64,000 nt of DNA. It comes from Corallochytrium limacisporum Hawaii (Eukaryota > Protista > Pluriformea). Made by a program: the position numbers and the translations under genes. Under the pieces are notes generated by a model, which was not told where the DNA came from, searched no databases, and saw only the letters and a program-made list of their open reading frames with translations. Position 1 is the stretch's first letter; every line of letters begins with the position of its first letter. The DNA lies in contig PDIP01000045.1 in NCBI GenBank assembly GCA_002811645.1, forward strand, positions 147,827-211,826, read 5' to 3'. Below, one piece after another: positions 1 to 11,492 of this stretch.

Positions 1-92
1 GTCTCTGTCTCTGTCTCTCGCTCTCTCTGTCTCTCTCTCTGTCTCTCTCTCTCTGTCTCTCTCTCTGTCTCTCTCTCTCGCTCGCTCTCTCT
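1..92. repeat. Imperfect (CT)n/(CTGT)n microsatellite
   Basis: gtctctgtctctgtctctcgctctctct... dinucleotide run at the window start. Confidence 0.9.
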
Positions 93-835
93 CCCCACCG
101 TCCCCAGTTGCAAGCCTTCCCTCCTTGCCCCGTTGGCTGGCAATGTGGCGCTGAAAAAATCATCTCATTGACTGGGCATTGTGGCACGCACACGCCGCAC
201 GCACACAGAGCAGAGATCAGCAAAAGGTGACCAGATGGTGGGCGTTCTGTCGGGAGAGTGCGTGTGCGGTCTACTGATGTACCGTCTACCACTGTTTGCG
301 CATTGCTGGGTGTGCAATGTGGTATCCACTCGTTTGTCCTCAGTAGAATTTTTGGAATTGAGATAAAATTATGCGATCGAGATCTCGATCTGGGTACTTC
401 ACACGGTGCCGTATGTTGAGGTAGAGCGCCAGAAACTCGCCAGTTCCTATGACGTTCCTTTGCACGGAACTGACTACACCGGTTACTATAAACTAGTTGT
501 TCAGGGTTGGATATATGGCCCTCGGTTTTAAAGCTTTATCTTGACAAAAGTGACAAATGAACACGAACCACTAGACTTTGTAAAGAACGGCACAAACGCC
601 AATAGTAGTCACAGTTGTCATTTATCATTCATACATAATAGCAGACATCACATCAGCATTCATCGCGAACACAGCATTATTTCATTACCGCAGGAGTAGA
701 TATCAGAGGGAAAGGCAAATATGACATTATAAATTTGGTCGAAACTCAGCTTCGTTAAGTCCAATTGGGAATCACACTCTTTGCCCGGCCCTTCTATTTC
801 TCCTGCTATAACCAACATAACCCCGACCGATCCAA

Positions 836-2950
836 ATGCTTGGAGACCACCAAATTGACAGTGGAATTGGCACAGGACCTTCAGAGCCATTCGCAATGGG
901 GTTCATGCCACCTCCTCCGGGATCGGACCAGATCATGAACCAAGATCGGGACGCGCAGCTTCTGGATCTAATCAAGCGCAGTTCGCTGCATTTGCCGCGC
1001 TACATTCAGGATGCTATCAAAGCAGCAAAATATTATGAATGCATTACATCGTTCCACATGGCAGTCATTGACGATGAACAATGTGAACAGGCAGTTCAAC
1101 AATTGGAGGAAGGACTAAGTGAAGAATTACCCTACCTCAAAGATGTCTGGCGCCAAGAATTTCCGGATTTGTATCAGCGCTGGAGTGAGCGCGGTAAGCC
1201 GACGAAGATCAAATTCACCACCCCTGGTCATCGGCGATCGTTAGCTCATTTCTTCTTCAATGCTGCACGTCTGGTTAACGCATCATCGTTCGGTGCACCC
1301 AACCGCACCGGATCAACCGGTCCGCAGCAGACCAATTCACAGGTCACCAGCCCCGCAGGCGACAGCACCAAGAACGGATCCAGCAACGGCGACGCGGTGC
1401 CCACAACTAACAATGCACGTGGTAACAATGGATCATACCATCTGACGGCTAGTGCCAACGCCGCAGCCGCCGCCGCTGCAATGAGCAGTGCCGCCGCCGC
1501 TGGTGGTCCGGTTGGGCCTCACGGTTACTTCGGAGGCTACGGTGCACCTGCTGCCGCTGGCCTGCCCGGTGGCATGGTAAATGGTGCACACTACGGCACT
1601 GCAGCTGCAGCCGCCGGACCTGCCACCCGTGGCATGCGCGGTGCCAATGGCCTTGTCGGCCTTGACGGTGGTCATCCCGACGGCGGCGTGTCGCACTTTA
1701 ACTTCCCTCCTCTGCCCTACGGACAACAAAGGTCAGCAAGCGACTATGAAGCCGCCGCTGCGGCCGCTGCAGCTGCTTCCGACTCTAGTGCCAAAAACCG
1801 TGCGGGCAACCGCAGTGACGGTGGCCGTGCTGGTCCTGGCTATGCCATCCCTGGTCATCCAGACATCTACAACGATCTCAATGACTTTTATGGTGCTGCT
1901 GCCGGCCGCCCAGCTGTTGGTCAGCACAAGTCCAAGGATGGCCGTCGTGGCTCCGAAAATCCCTCTCAGCAGGATGCAAACGTGCCGTCCAGTGCACACC
2001 GGCGCAAGGATAGTGGTATTGATGATGGTCAGCAATCCACCGCTGACCAACCGCCGGGCATGGACGTCCACAGTGTGGACGAGCCCACTGGAATGAAGAG
2101 CACCCGCGACTCTGCGTCCAACCGCCTGTTGCAGGGCAAGCCCAATGGTCCGGCTTCCCTCGCCAACGAAACGGCGCAGTCCTTGCAGCATCAGCGCCGG
2201 GGATCAACTGCCTCCCATACCAGCCACTACACTGACAGTAACAATGGCTCCCAGGCCGACGAAGTTCTGAGTCGCAAGCGTGGTCGCGCAGGGGCCAAGG
2301 CTCCTGCTGGGCAGAGCAAGATGGGCAAGACTGCTTCTGCAAAGGGTAAACGGGCCAAGGATGGAGAAAACAATTTCCACATGATGGCTGCGGATGCCAA
2401 GCCGTCCCATATCCAGAACAAGAAGGAAGGACAGATCAGCAAGGATGAGGTGCTAAAAATGCTCAGAGAATCCATCGCCCGCTGGAAACATCGTATCGGA
2501 AACAAGCCAGAGACCGCAGTCGAAGAAGGCCTTGACTACGATATTATTCTGGAGGATGACACTGCCCGCCACTACAACCTCTTTGTCGGAATTAAGTGTC
2601 GTCTTTGCGACCGCGTGTGCCGTTTGAGCTGGGCCTCTAACCAACGGCCCAACCTTGGCAATTACACCAGTGGTCACCTCGTGCGTTGCTGGCCGAAGCG
2701 CGGCCACACTGCCGAGAATCGCGCCACTGACCAGATTGCATCCTTTGCCAGCAGCATCCATAAAATGGCGGCATCTGCCGCAGGTGGCCACACCTACAAC
2801 AATGGCGTGGACCTCTATAAGGCCACAGACTCCACTGGCGGTATGCGTCGAGGAGACTTTGGCGAGGAAGAGGGAGCATCTGGCTCCGCCGACCAGTGGG
2901 ATGGTATCCGTGCTGGCATGCAAAACGATATCCTGATGACGAGATACTGA
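836..2950 (+). CDS. Uncharacterised 704-aa probable nuclear protein: globular N-terminal domain, long Ala/Gly/Ser/Asn low-complexity region, basic NLS-like segment, C-terminal C2HC (BED-like) zinc finger
   Basis: Long ATG-initiated ORF with coding-like codon bias; RKRGR/KGKRAK basic patches; CRLC-x22-HLVRC motif; convergent with the ENT gene like other real pairs here. Confidence 0.8.
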   Translation: MLGDHQIDSGIGTGPSEPFAMGFMPPPPGSDQIMNQDRDAQLLDLIKRSSLHLPRYIQDAIKAAKYYECITSFHMAVIDDEQCEQAVQQLEEGLSEELPYLKDVWRQEFPDLYQRWSERGKPTKIKFTTPGHRRSLAHFFFNAARLVNASSFGAPNRTGSTGPQQTNSQVTSPAGDSTKNGSSNGDAVPTTNNARGNNGSYHLTASANAAAAAAAMSSAAAAGGPVGPHGYFGGYGAPAAAGLPGGMVNGAHYGTAAAAAGPATRGMRGANGLVGLDGGHPDGGVSHFNFPPLPYGQQRSASDYEAAAAAAAAASDSSAKNRAGNRSDGGRAGPGYAIPGHPDIYNDLNDFYGAAAGRPAVGQHKSKDGRRGSENPSQQDANVPSSAHRRKDSGIDDGQQSTADQPPGMDVHSVDEPTGMKSTRDSASNRLLQGKPNGPASLANETAQSLQHQRRGSTASHTSHYTDSNNGSQADEVLSRKRGRAGAKAPAGQSKMGKTASAKGKRAKDGENNFHMMAADAKPSHIQNKKEGQISKDEVLKMLRESIARWKHRIGNKPETAVEEGLDYDIILEDDTARHYNLFVGIKCRLCDRVCRLSWASNQRPNLGNYTSGHLVRCWPKRGHTAENRATDQIASFASSIHKMAASAAGGHTYNNGVDLYKATDSTGGMRRGDFGEEEGASGSADQWDGIRAGMQNDILMTRY

Positions 2951-3128
2951 AACCAGCAAGAAAGTGTCGTACAAATGTCTATCAACACCTATTTACAATA
3001 ACTATACACTTGACAGGGTAAATATGTCTTAAGAGCATCATCATAGCGGCAACTAACTGATAAAGGACTAGTGTAGCTATGTATTTCAGGGATTCTTTAG
3101 TTCGTGGAAAATTGCCTAGAGTCGTCAT

Positions 3129-4691
3129 TCATGGTCCTCGTGGCACGACCTTATCGAGCCAGAGGCCGATAGTGGAGCCAAGAACAAGACCACTATTCAG
3201 GAAGAACGCACTGATGCTACCGGCATGGTGGCGATCACGGTGATGACACCGTTCACTGGCCATCATGATCGCCAAGGACCCAGTATGGCCATTAGTGAAG
3301 CCAATAATGGCAGAGAACAGCACGCTCCAGACATCGTGCGTAAACACCCTGGCCATGACGCACAGGGCAATGGCCGGCACCAGTAGCATGCGGATCAGAC
3401 CAACAATCCAGAGGGTTTTGTAGTTCAGACCAAGTCGGTAGTGCATGGTCAGCCGTCCAATGGTATCAAACACACTCACTGTCGTGAGCAGGATGAGAGG
3501 CCACCAGTGGTTGTCGTTAAGTTCCGGGAACTGGTGGCTTTGAATCTCGGAGACCAATGGAGGCCACGCTGCGAGGGTCGTGGTAAAGATCAATAGCACC
3601 AGCATCTGGCTACTGAACGTGTGCCGCATCACCTGCCATAGGGTCATCGGTGGGGGCTTTTTGCGTCCTCCCGGAGACCGTGACGGAGAAGGTGCCACAA
3701 CAGGCCGTCGACTGTGTGAAGAACCTCCTGAACCGGAGCTAGAGCCGGACACCCGCGAAAGGTACGCCTTCCGCCGTGTCTCGTCGCCGCGCTGAGCGCC
3801 TGGTCGTTCTAAAGCGGTCCCATCGTTATTCGCATTGGGAGCGGATAGCAAGGGTGTCCGTTCGGTGTTGTTGTCTTCATCTGACACCGCCGTAGAAGCT
3901 CCGACTTCCTCGTCTTCCTCGTCTTCATCAATTTCCTCAAGGCATTCCTTGGCGATGGGCAGATTAATCAGCACAAAGTACAGAACCAAACAAACTAAGA
4001 CGGTAGCAGATCCGCAGTAGAAATAGAGCAGCGATGAAAGCACCGTCTTGTTTGGAGGAAAGGCGATCTTGGTTGCATCTCGGTAAAGACTGCCGATCAG
4101 AGTGCTGACACCGATACCGACCTGTAGGCTTTGCTGGAAGGCCGGTGGGAACTTGGAGGTCATGGCAATCATGCTCGAGTCCAGGAACGCCGTAACGATG
4201 GCAATAACTCCCGTAGCTGCCATGATGGTAATGTAATTTGTGTGCTCATCAAAATGGAAGAAGTAGCTGCTGGGGATGAAAGCGAGCACCAACACCTGTC
4301 CGGCAAACCCACCGACAATGCGGAAAGTAAAGCTAAGCCGATCGCCTCCCAAGAACGTTAGCCCGAATAGAGCGACCAAATTGCTGTACATAAACATGGC
4401 GGTGATATCAAAGTCCATTGCTTTGTCTGGGAACAAGTATGCCCAGTAGTCCACTGGCTGGGTCAGCGCACTAAATGGGAACAGGTATCCGATTCCAAGA
4501 CACACAAACAGAATCGCTCCGATCTTTTCATCCCATGCTTTCGGCTGTGGCGTCTCTGGCGTCGAATAATCGATCTCCCCCGCGCTTATGTAACCTGGAT
4601 CCTCCTGTGTGTGTAGAGCATGACGGTGATAGTGGTTGTAGTCCTGGTTCAGAGCCTCCTGGTAAGGCTCTGTGTGGCGGTGTTCTCGCAT
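3129..4691 (-). CDS. Equilibrative nucleoside transporter (SLC29/ENT family)
   Basis: About 11 hydrophobic segments; GIGYLFPFSALTQPVDYW in TM1, large central loop, FDTIGR and GFTNGH motifs, GLVLGS in the last helix. Confidence 0.9.
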   Translation of the reverse strand: MREHRHTEPYQEALNQDYNHYHRHALHTQEDPGYISAGEIDYSTPETPQPKAWDEKIGAILFVCLGIGYLFPFSALTQPVDYWAYLFPDKAMDFDITAMFMYSNLVALFGLTFLGGDRLSFTFRIVGGFAGQVLVLAFIPSSYFFHFDEHTNYITIMAATGVIAIVTAFLDSSMIAMTSKFPPAFQQSLQVGIGVSTLIGSLYRDATKIAFPPNKTVLSSLLYFYCGSATVLVCLVLYFVLINLPIAKECLEEIDEDEEDEEVGASTAVSDEDNNTERTPLLSAPNANNDGTALERPGAQRGDETRRKAYLSRVSGSSSGSGGSSHSRRPVVAPSPSRSPGGRKKPPPMTLWQVMRHTFSSQMLVLLIFTTTLAAWPPLVSEIQSHQFPELNDNHWWPLILLTTVSVFDTIGRLTMHYRLGLNYKTLWIVGLIRMLLVPAIALCVMARVFTHDVWSVLFSAIIGFTNGHTGSLAIMMASERCHHRDRHHAGSISAFFLNSGLVLGSTIGLWLDKVVPRGP

Positions 4692-6561
4692 GATGACTTG
4701 CCTTCTGGGGCGTCAGAGGACAAAACCACAGGTTTCTTGTTCCATACGAACTCCCCAGAAGGACCAACTTACGTTCACCGCGCGCGTAGGTGTCTCAAAT
4801 AGAAAGACAATGCTTTGCATAGGCCGCACTCAAGCCTGTCAACCTTCCCATTGGTGTAAAAATTAGGTTCCAGACTCCGCAATCGCGTCCTCCTCCCCAG
4901 CCCAAGCGGTCCTCACACTGGTCAGTGGAGGTGCCTTGGTGCTGCGAAAAGCTGAGCACGGTACGGGGTGTTACCCAGAGCAAGAGAGCAGAGGGTGCTT
5001 TACTTTATTCGTCAGATTCGCCACCGTTGGAAACAGGGAAGAGAGTCGCACATCACGGAATACCAACTGAGTGTGTGTTCCACCAACACAAGTTATGAAT
5101 TTCCTACGGGCCCGGCCTGTATTGTGAATGGATGAAGATTTGGGACGTGAATTCTTCTTACTGATGGAGGACTTGAGTACGAAGTCTGGGTGTGCATTCT
5201 GAGCGGGACATTGCCCATTGACATGCATCGATACCGACTGATGGCCAGCCAGTATCTTTGAGGGCACACATATATACAATGCACGCGCAAGTTGCACTAG
5301 CACGGAGACTGCTAACCATCGCACGCAACGTCGCTCGTCGCATACCCAGTTTGACGTATTGATCATTCATCATGTTGATGCCGGTTCACAGGCAGAACGA
5401 CATTTGCCTTGCACCCTCCCATCGCAACCCTTGGCTCCCTCCCTCCCTTCTCCCCCCCTCCCCTTGGGGGGCGGAGGGTGTCCTGGGCCGTAATCTTAAG
5501 CATCCGCCCCCTGGGCGGAACTACACTAATTTTTTATGGAGAAAAAAAAAGTTAACAGCACCGTGACCGGACCGTGTCTCTCCGCACGGGAGGAGGAGAC
5601 GCCAGAATGTGCCCATTCGTTCAAAAACGACCCTTTCCGTTGTTCTCCTTATACTTTTTCCTCCTTTGGTGGGCAGTCCGTATTCTCTTCTTCATACATT
5701 CAGTAAGGGAAACGCTTCTGGCTAAGTGTCGTCCAGTTCTGAGCACCAGGGCGAACTGCAAAAGCGCAGAGGGGACCTAAATGGCGACCGAAAAAAAAGT
5801 TCAATAATGCACTGAACCCCCATCAATACTCATTTTTCGAATTCACAATCCTCCCAAAGTCCCCGAGGAACACAGCGGCGGACCAAGGCGAGAATAAAGG
5901 GGGGGTGTGTTGAAGAGGTTCTCTAAAAAGCCCCCCGGGGGGGGGGTTCTCCTCTCCGAGTGAGCGAAGCTGGGAGGAGAGGGGCGGCCGCTTTACATAG
6001 TAAATGTACCGATTGTATTTTTGATCGCAAAGACGGACGCACGCAAGGCCCGCGCTTCAACGTAAATTTTCTACTTTTGGGCCCCCCTTCTGCTGTTATC
6101 AATTTTTGGCGGGAGTGCAGGGGGCTTCGTGGGTAGCCTAGCGCTGGGGCTGTGTGTATGCGCAGCGCCCCGGGGAGTGTGCTGGGTAGGGGAACAGAAC
6201 GCGGGGCAACCCCTGCCAAAACACACAGCGAAAGGTTTGAAATTCAGAACGGGCCCGGGAGACCGGTGCTCCAGGGCCTCGAACACGGCGGCGTCGAAAG
6301 GCCAGGGAGAGTGTGCCGGGTACGGGCGGGCGAAGAGACTGTGCTCAGAAACAAAGTAACTAAGCATGTCTGCATTTACTCGCTCCCGGACATGCGGTGC
6401 GTGTCGTAGTGATAGCGGTTGCGACGATCAAGTGCACCATGACACGGGTATGTTGCGGTATTCGGCTACTTTGCACGCTGCACCTGTGCAAGAGCGAGAT
6501 CATGACCTAAAGCGCCGTATGGGTGTTGTAGTAAAGCTCGTCCGGAAAGCACTGAAAGACT

Positions 6562-7143
6562 ATGTCCTCGAAGAACGAGAATCTGCCGCCTTCCGTCATT
6601 CGCCGGATTGCCGGTGAATTGAAGGGGTTGGCCACGGGACAAATTGACTGCGTTAAGGTCCAGATGAATGAAGAAGACATTACAGATTTCCGCGCCACCA
6701 TTGTTGGTCCCCCGGGAACACCGTATGAGGGAGGACACTTCAAGCTGCGTCTCTCGTTCACGTCAGAATATCCTCAGGCACCGCCCAAAGCACATTTCTT
6801 GACCAAGATCTTCCATCCCAACGTAGCCGCCGATGGTGAGGTCTGTGTCAACACCTTAAAAAGGGACTGGAAATCAGATCTCGGCATCGCACACATCCTA
6901 GTGGTACTGAAATGCCTTCTGATCCACCCAAATCCGGAATCCGCTCTCAATGAGGAAGCTGGCAAGATGATCTTAGAGTCATACGACGAATTTGCAAAGC
7001 GGGCCAAGCTTATGACAGAGATTCATGCCAAATCCAAGACCGCTCCTCAGGCAGCAGGTGCCAGCGGCACAGCTCCCCTTGGCACCAAGGTTCCCGCCCA
7101 GAAGAAGGCTGCAGACAAAAAGAAGCAGATGAGGCGTTTGTAA
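6562..7143 (+). CDS. UBE2S: Ubiquitin-conjugating enzyme E2 S
   Basis: [17 protein letters not shown], active-site [21 protein letters not shown], and the C-terminal [13 protein letters not shown] tail typical of UBE2S. Confidence 0.93.
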   Translation: MSSKNENLPPSVIRRIAGELKGLATGQIDCVKVQMNEEDITDFRATIVGPPGTPYEGGHFKLRLSFTSEYPQAPPKAHFLTKIFHPNVAADGEVCVNTLKRDWKSDLGIAHILVVLKCLLIHPNPESALNEEAGKMILESYDEFAKRAKLMTEIHAKSKTAPQAAGASGTAPLGTKVPAQKKAADKKKQMRRL

Positions 7144-7284
7144 GAAGACTGCCTTCTGAAACAACACGACAACCACATTCATAGCATCAAACATAAACCA
7201 ACCATAGCTGTGCAGGTATCACAGCAGGGTTGAAAGGTCAAAATCTCTCCTCCTTGAGCTTAAATGCGAGTAATTCTTTATTTT

Positions 7285-8131
7285 CTATTCCTCCTTTACT
7301 TCGGTCTTGTCATCCCAAACCTCGTACAACACCACCGCCTGCGGGATGTCGTTTTCGTTGTCGAAAAGTGAGTCGTAATCCAAGCGTTGAACGGACGTGA
7401 ACGTATCCTTGAGCAATCGCAAGAATGCTTCCCAAACAGTGTGATCACGCAGCTCGCTGCAAATGAACGTGCGAGTCTTTCCGGGGGTGTGCGATTCCCG
7501 CAAAGTCTGCACCAGCTGTGTCAGGTATGTCTCACTGAACACACAGTCCGCTGCAAGCACATAGTCCCAGTGTTTCTTCTTAACTTCTTCTCCGTAGTAC
7601 TTCAGTCGTTTCAATGACTGGCAGAGGTTCGCCCCAAATGAGCTCCTCCACCCGTGTATTCTTTAATTTGTTTGCCTTGACATTGGCTCGTAATAGATTT
7701 AGGACCTGCTCCTGGTCCGTAAGCACTGTCTCTCCGGCTTCAAGCAACTTATCGCACACAAGTCCGCATAACCCACAACCAGCTCCCAATTCCAGGACAG
7801 TCGTCTTTTCATTGAATGTCAATGCAGATGTCTTCCCGAATTTGTCAAGATAGTACGTCAGTACCAGTGCAGCATCCCATAGCCAACCTCCGGTCATGCC
7901 TTCCTCGTTGTTGATATCTCGATGCTGCTTGAGCACAACGCTCTGGCCACCCACGGAGAAGTTTACCTCATCTTTACTGGGGTATTGGTACATATTTCGT
8001 TTCAGATGGGTTTTACTACCAAGGCTCTGGAGCTTGACATAAAGCTCGAAGATCTCCTCATCCACATCCTCGACATCCACCCGTGCGAGATCATTGGTAC
8101 GGACGCCCGGACCACGATTTCCTTCCACCAT
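7285..8131 (-). CDS. Family 16 (METTL21/Rkm5-like) protein-lysine methyltransferase, split across two frames near 7579-7618
   Basis: 5' ORF has TGGWLWDAA, motif I VLELGAGCG, LTDQ and L-x-WG; the overlapping +1-frame ORF supplies WDYVLAADCVF and the C-terminal strands. First in-frame ATG at 8131. Confidence 0.85.
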
Positions 8132-8626
8132 GCCCCAAACAAACACTTCGCCCGCTAGACCATGGCTTTCATGTGTGCGACCGCCGGCAGAGCAAACGTA
8201 CGGGAGCTCTCAGTGGTTATAAGGCCAAACTTGAACCCTTCAAGTAGTGATAGAAGACTAGATCCTTCTAGCATAGCACACGCATATGTGTCCACAACTT
8301 AGCGTTCAATCGAGGGCGGCATTGAGTCCCCGGTGAACCCGCCTCGTCCCATTCCGCATCAATATCAACCGCCCGTGTTGGCGCGCCCTGAGCCAGCTGT
8401 GGTGGTCCTCGCAAAATATATTTCTGAATCAATCCACGTGTCCGGAGCAGGCGGGCTCCGGGAACCCACTGCTGCTGTTTGCTCCCCGCCGTCCGGGGGG
8501 GCCAAAAATAGAGACGGTTTAGCGGGACGTGCGGAGCTGATGTCCATCATCTGCCCTTGGGGCTGCGAGAAGGTACATGAGGTATTGGAGTCAACTTGAA
8601 TAACCAACATTTTGTACTAAACTGCA

Positions 8627-8821
8627 ATGGTAAACGATTGGCAAAACGAGGGAGCCGCTGTAGAATACAGTGATGAGGAGCCATTTGCGGATCCACACCT
8701 GACGAGATCTTCGTCGGACCCATCAGGATCGACCGGTCATCGGGCGCTGCTGAATACACCTCGTATCCCTCAAATCATTGCAAATTTTTACTACCAATAT
8801 ACCGGATCGTGTGTCCATTAA
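8627..8821 (+). CDS. Possible small acidic orphan protein (64 aa)
   Basis: ATG in gcaATGG context, acidic N-terminal half, AT-rich sequence after the stop, divergent from the methyltransferase; no family recognised. Confidence 0.25.
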   Translation: MVNDWQNEGAAVEYSDEEPFADPHLTRSSSDPSGSTGHRALLNTPRIPQIIANFYYQYTGSCVH

Positions 8822-8986
8822 AGTATAAATGAGTGTTTAAAATAATGTACTGAACGGGGTTTTCGCTCAGGAACACGTGGGCCACACCGACAAACCTCTT
8901 TCGAGGTGAGGTTGGACGCTAGGGAGAAAGATATGGCGGGGTAGAGGGATGCAAAAGGCTGCAAGCTTTTGGACAGCGAGCACAGC

Positions 8987-9066
8987 GAGAGAGACAGAGA
9001 GACACACACATGATAGAGAGAGACACAGACACACACACACACACACACAGACACACACACACACAG

Positions 9067-9109
<43 letters not shown>

Positions 9110-9170
9110 CAGAGAGACAGAGAGACAGAGTGTGAGTGAGGGATTGTGTGTGTGTGTGCGTGTGTGCGCG
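8987..9170. repeat. Compound microsatellite (GA)n-(CA)n-(GA)n-(TG)n
   Basis: Long acacac run followed by gagaga and tgtgtg runs. Confidence 0.92.
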
Positions 9171-11492
9171 AAGGACACGGGGCGAGAGAGCCAGTCATCC
9201 CGGGCCACGAGTAAACCATTAGAGCGAAGGTAATGAGGGAGAGAGGGGCTGTGGTTTGGTGGAAGAAATGGCATATTAAAAGGGAAACCAAGGAAGGGTA
9301 CAATCATAATATAAAATCGGTTGACTGACTGCCTGATGCGCTGGCAATGATATTAGCAAAACGGAGAGAAGGCTTTCTACGGAAACAGGCTTGAAAAAGG
9401 GTTGTCTGCCTTCCTTTTCACTTTCTGCTCTCCCATGTTTCTATTCGAACATGCTCTTTTGCTGACAGCTTTGCGCTGGCCAAGGTGTGTGCGTATGGCC
9501 TGTGGAGGTGTGGCATGCGAAAGCGATACAAATTCTATGACTCTGGAACAAGTCTAAACTGATTGTGCTCATCTACTGCGTGCCGAGGCTGCCACCTCCA
9601 CAACTGCATAGTGGCCGTTACCGGCAGACCGCACGTGACTCTGGCGTTCAAGTTGGATATGTTTGTACCATGTGCTCTCCTAGGCATCTACGCTCAACCT
9701 AGGATGGCAGGCGATGTTCGAGTTATAAATCAAAGGGATGGCTGGACCCCAGAGCGGCAAACCGCGGCAACAGTGATGGGGGCCGATGGGGTTTACGGAG
9801 AGTGAGAGTATTTGAGCAAAGTGGACGCTACCGCTCCTGTTCCCGTTTGTTTTTTGCCGCACCAACTCAGGCACCTTGCTGACCGTTCGGTTTTAATAGG
9901 CCAAATTTTTTCTTGACGTGACAACGATTTCTACAAAGCGAGCGATAGAGCGCTTCGGAATTATCTAGTGGTTGGTAGCAATGCCGCGGGTCAAGCATTA
10001 GGACGGCACCCTACATTGTCACTGCAAGGGTTCAAACAGGAACAGGATGTTGGATTACAGATCTTCTTTCTCTTTATCGCCGTTCCCATATTGCCAAAAG
10101 AGACAGTAGAAAACCAGACGCGACTCACCAAAAGAATGGGCAAGCCAAGCCAACTGAGCAAGACAAGATCGTTTGATCGTCTCTCCGGCTCGCTTTGTGA
10201 CTTTCTGCTTCACTCTCAAACGCGCGGAGCTGCTGCTGTGTGTTGGCACAACGGCAAAGTGGCGCACCCGAGCATTTTCTGAACGGAAGATTGATTATGG
10301 GCGAATGGTAGCATCGTGACAATGGGATTTCCCCTCGTGAATTTTGGGTCGGACAATTGGGAATATACCTCCTGCCCGTCAAGTCACCGTACTGACGAAC
10401 AGACTTGGGGCGCGTTTTCGTTTATTTTTACATATTTTGTTGTTGTGGCCCTCGTTTAGTAGTTACTGTGCGAGGGAATTCCAAGGGGTCTCCAAGTAAG
10501 AAGCGACCGGGGGAGGGGACCGGAGGGAAGAGGGCATGAGGTAAGGGCAGCAAAAGCAGATAAAAACTGGAGACACACACACATTCACTGCAGACAAGCA
10601 CAGAGACACGCACACAATGACATATACCCCTCGTGGGGTATGTACGGCAATGCAGAATCAGCAAAACCTGAACGAATACAGTAGCTACAGTCCGCGTTGT
10701 ATAGGCCGGGTTGGGGATTAGCATCACAGTTGAACCGACAAACCTTCATCGTCTGTGTTAAAAGTTGCGCTGGAGCACCAATACCAGATAATCCATCATT
10801 CAGTGACCATCATATACCGCAGGAAACATGGAAGAAACTCAGGTTGTGTGTTTGGGTGGGTGGACATCAGCAGGGCCCCAGTTTTCCAGCCTCAGCATTT
10901 CATCACTGGACAAAACACGGGAATACCTGCACTGGCTTTTCTTTTTTCGCTCTGTGTGTGTGGGCGAACAAACTCCTCAGATAATTGACATGTCTGGCCA
11001 TGACCATGGAGCACCAAGCTCAACACACAGACCACTTTGGGGGAAATCCGGAGAACATTTTGAAGAAAAATTGCGCACCGTAGAGAGCGCTCCACGCGCA
11101 TCGCCGCACCAGGACTGTGATTGGTATGTTTTGGCAGAAGAAACAGAGTTTGGTTTGGCTGCTCTTTTTTTTTTATCTAAAAAGGCATCACAAACTAGCA
11201 GCGGTGGTGGTAGCAGTAGGGAGGTGGCGCTGGTGCTGACCGAATCGACTCCCGTTGTGTTGTGGTCCAGTGGAGGCCCTCTGTGCTATACGCGTGTTGG
11301 TGTTCAGCTCGAACAAAGGGACCCTGCTGGGCAGAGATCAGCAACCAAGGGTGTGTTCTGCGTGCCATCATAAAGGTACATCAAGGCCGGCACTGACATT
11401 CGCATTCAACAACCAGAGTGTTCTATCCTTGTCTCTTAGAGAAAAGGGTTCGTTTCACTTGAATGTAAAGAAAGCAAATCCGAATTTCCACC

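Noticed and set aside
375-390. 16-bp perfect palindrome gatcgagatctcgatc
   Set aside because: About one 8-bp-arm palindrome is expected by chance in 64 kb
10828-11373. 181-aa ORF upstream of ILV5 containing MSGHDHG
   Set aside because: Runs through T and A homopolymers and promoter-like sequence; no domain, and no branched-chain-residue enrichment suggesting a regulatory leader
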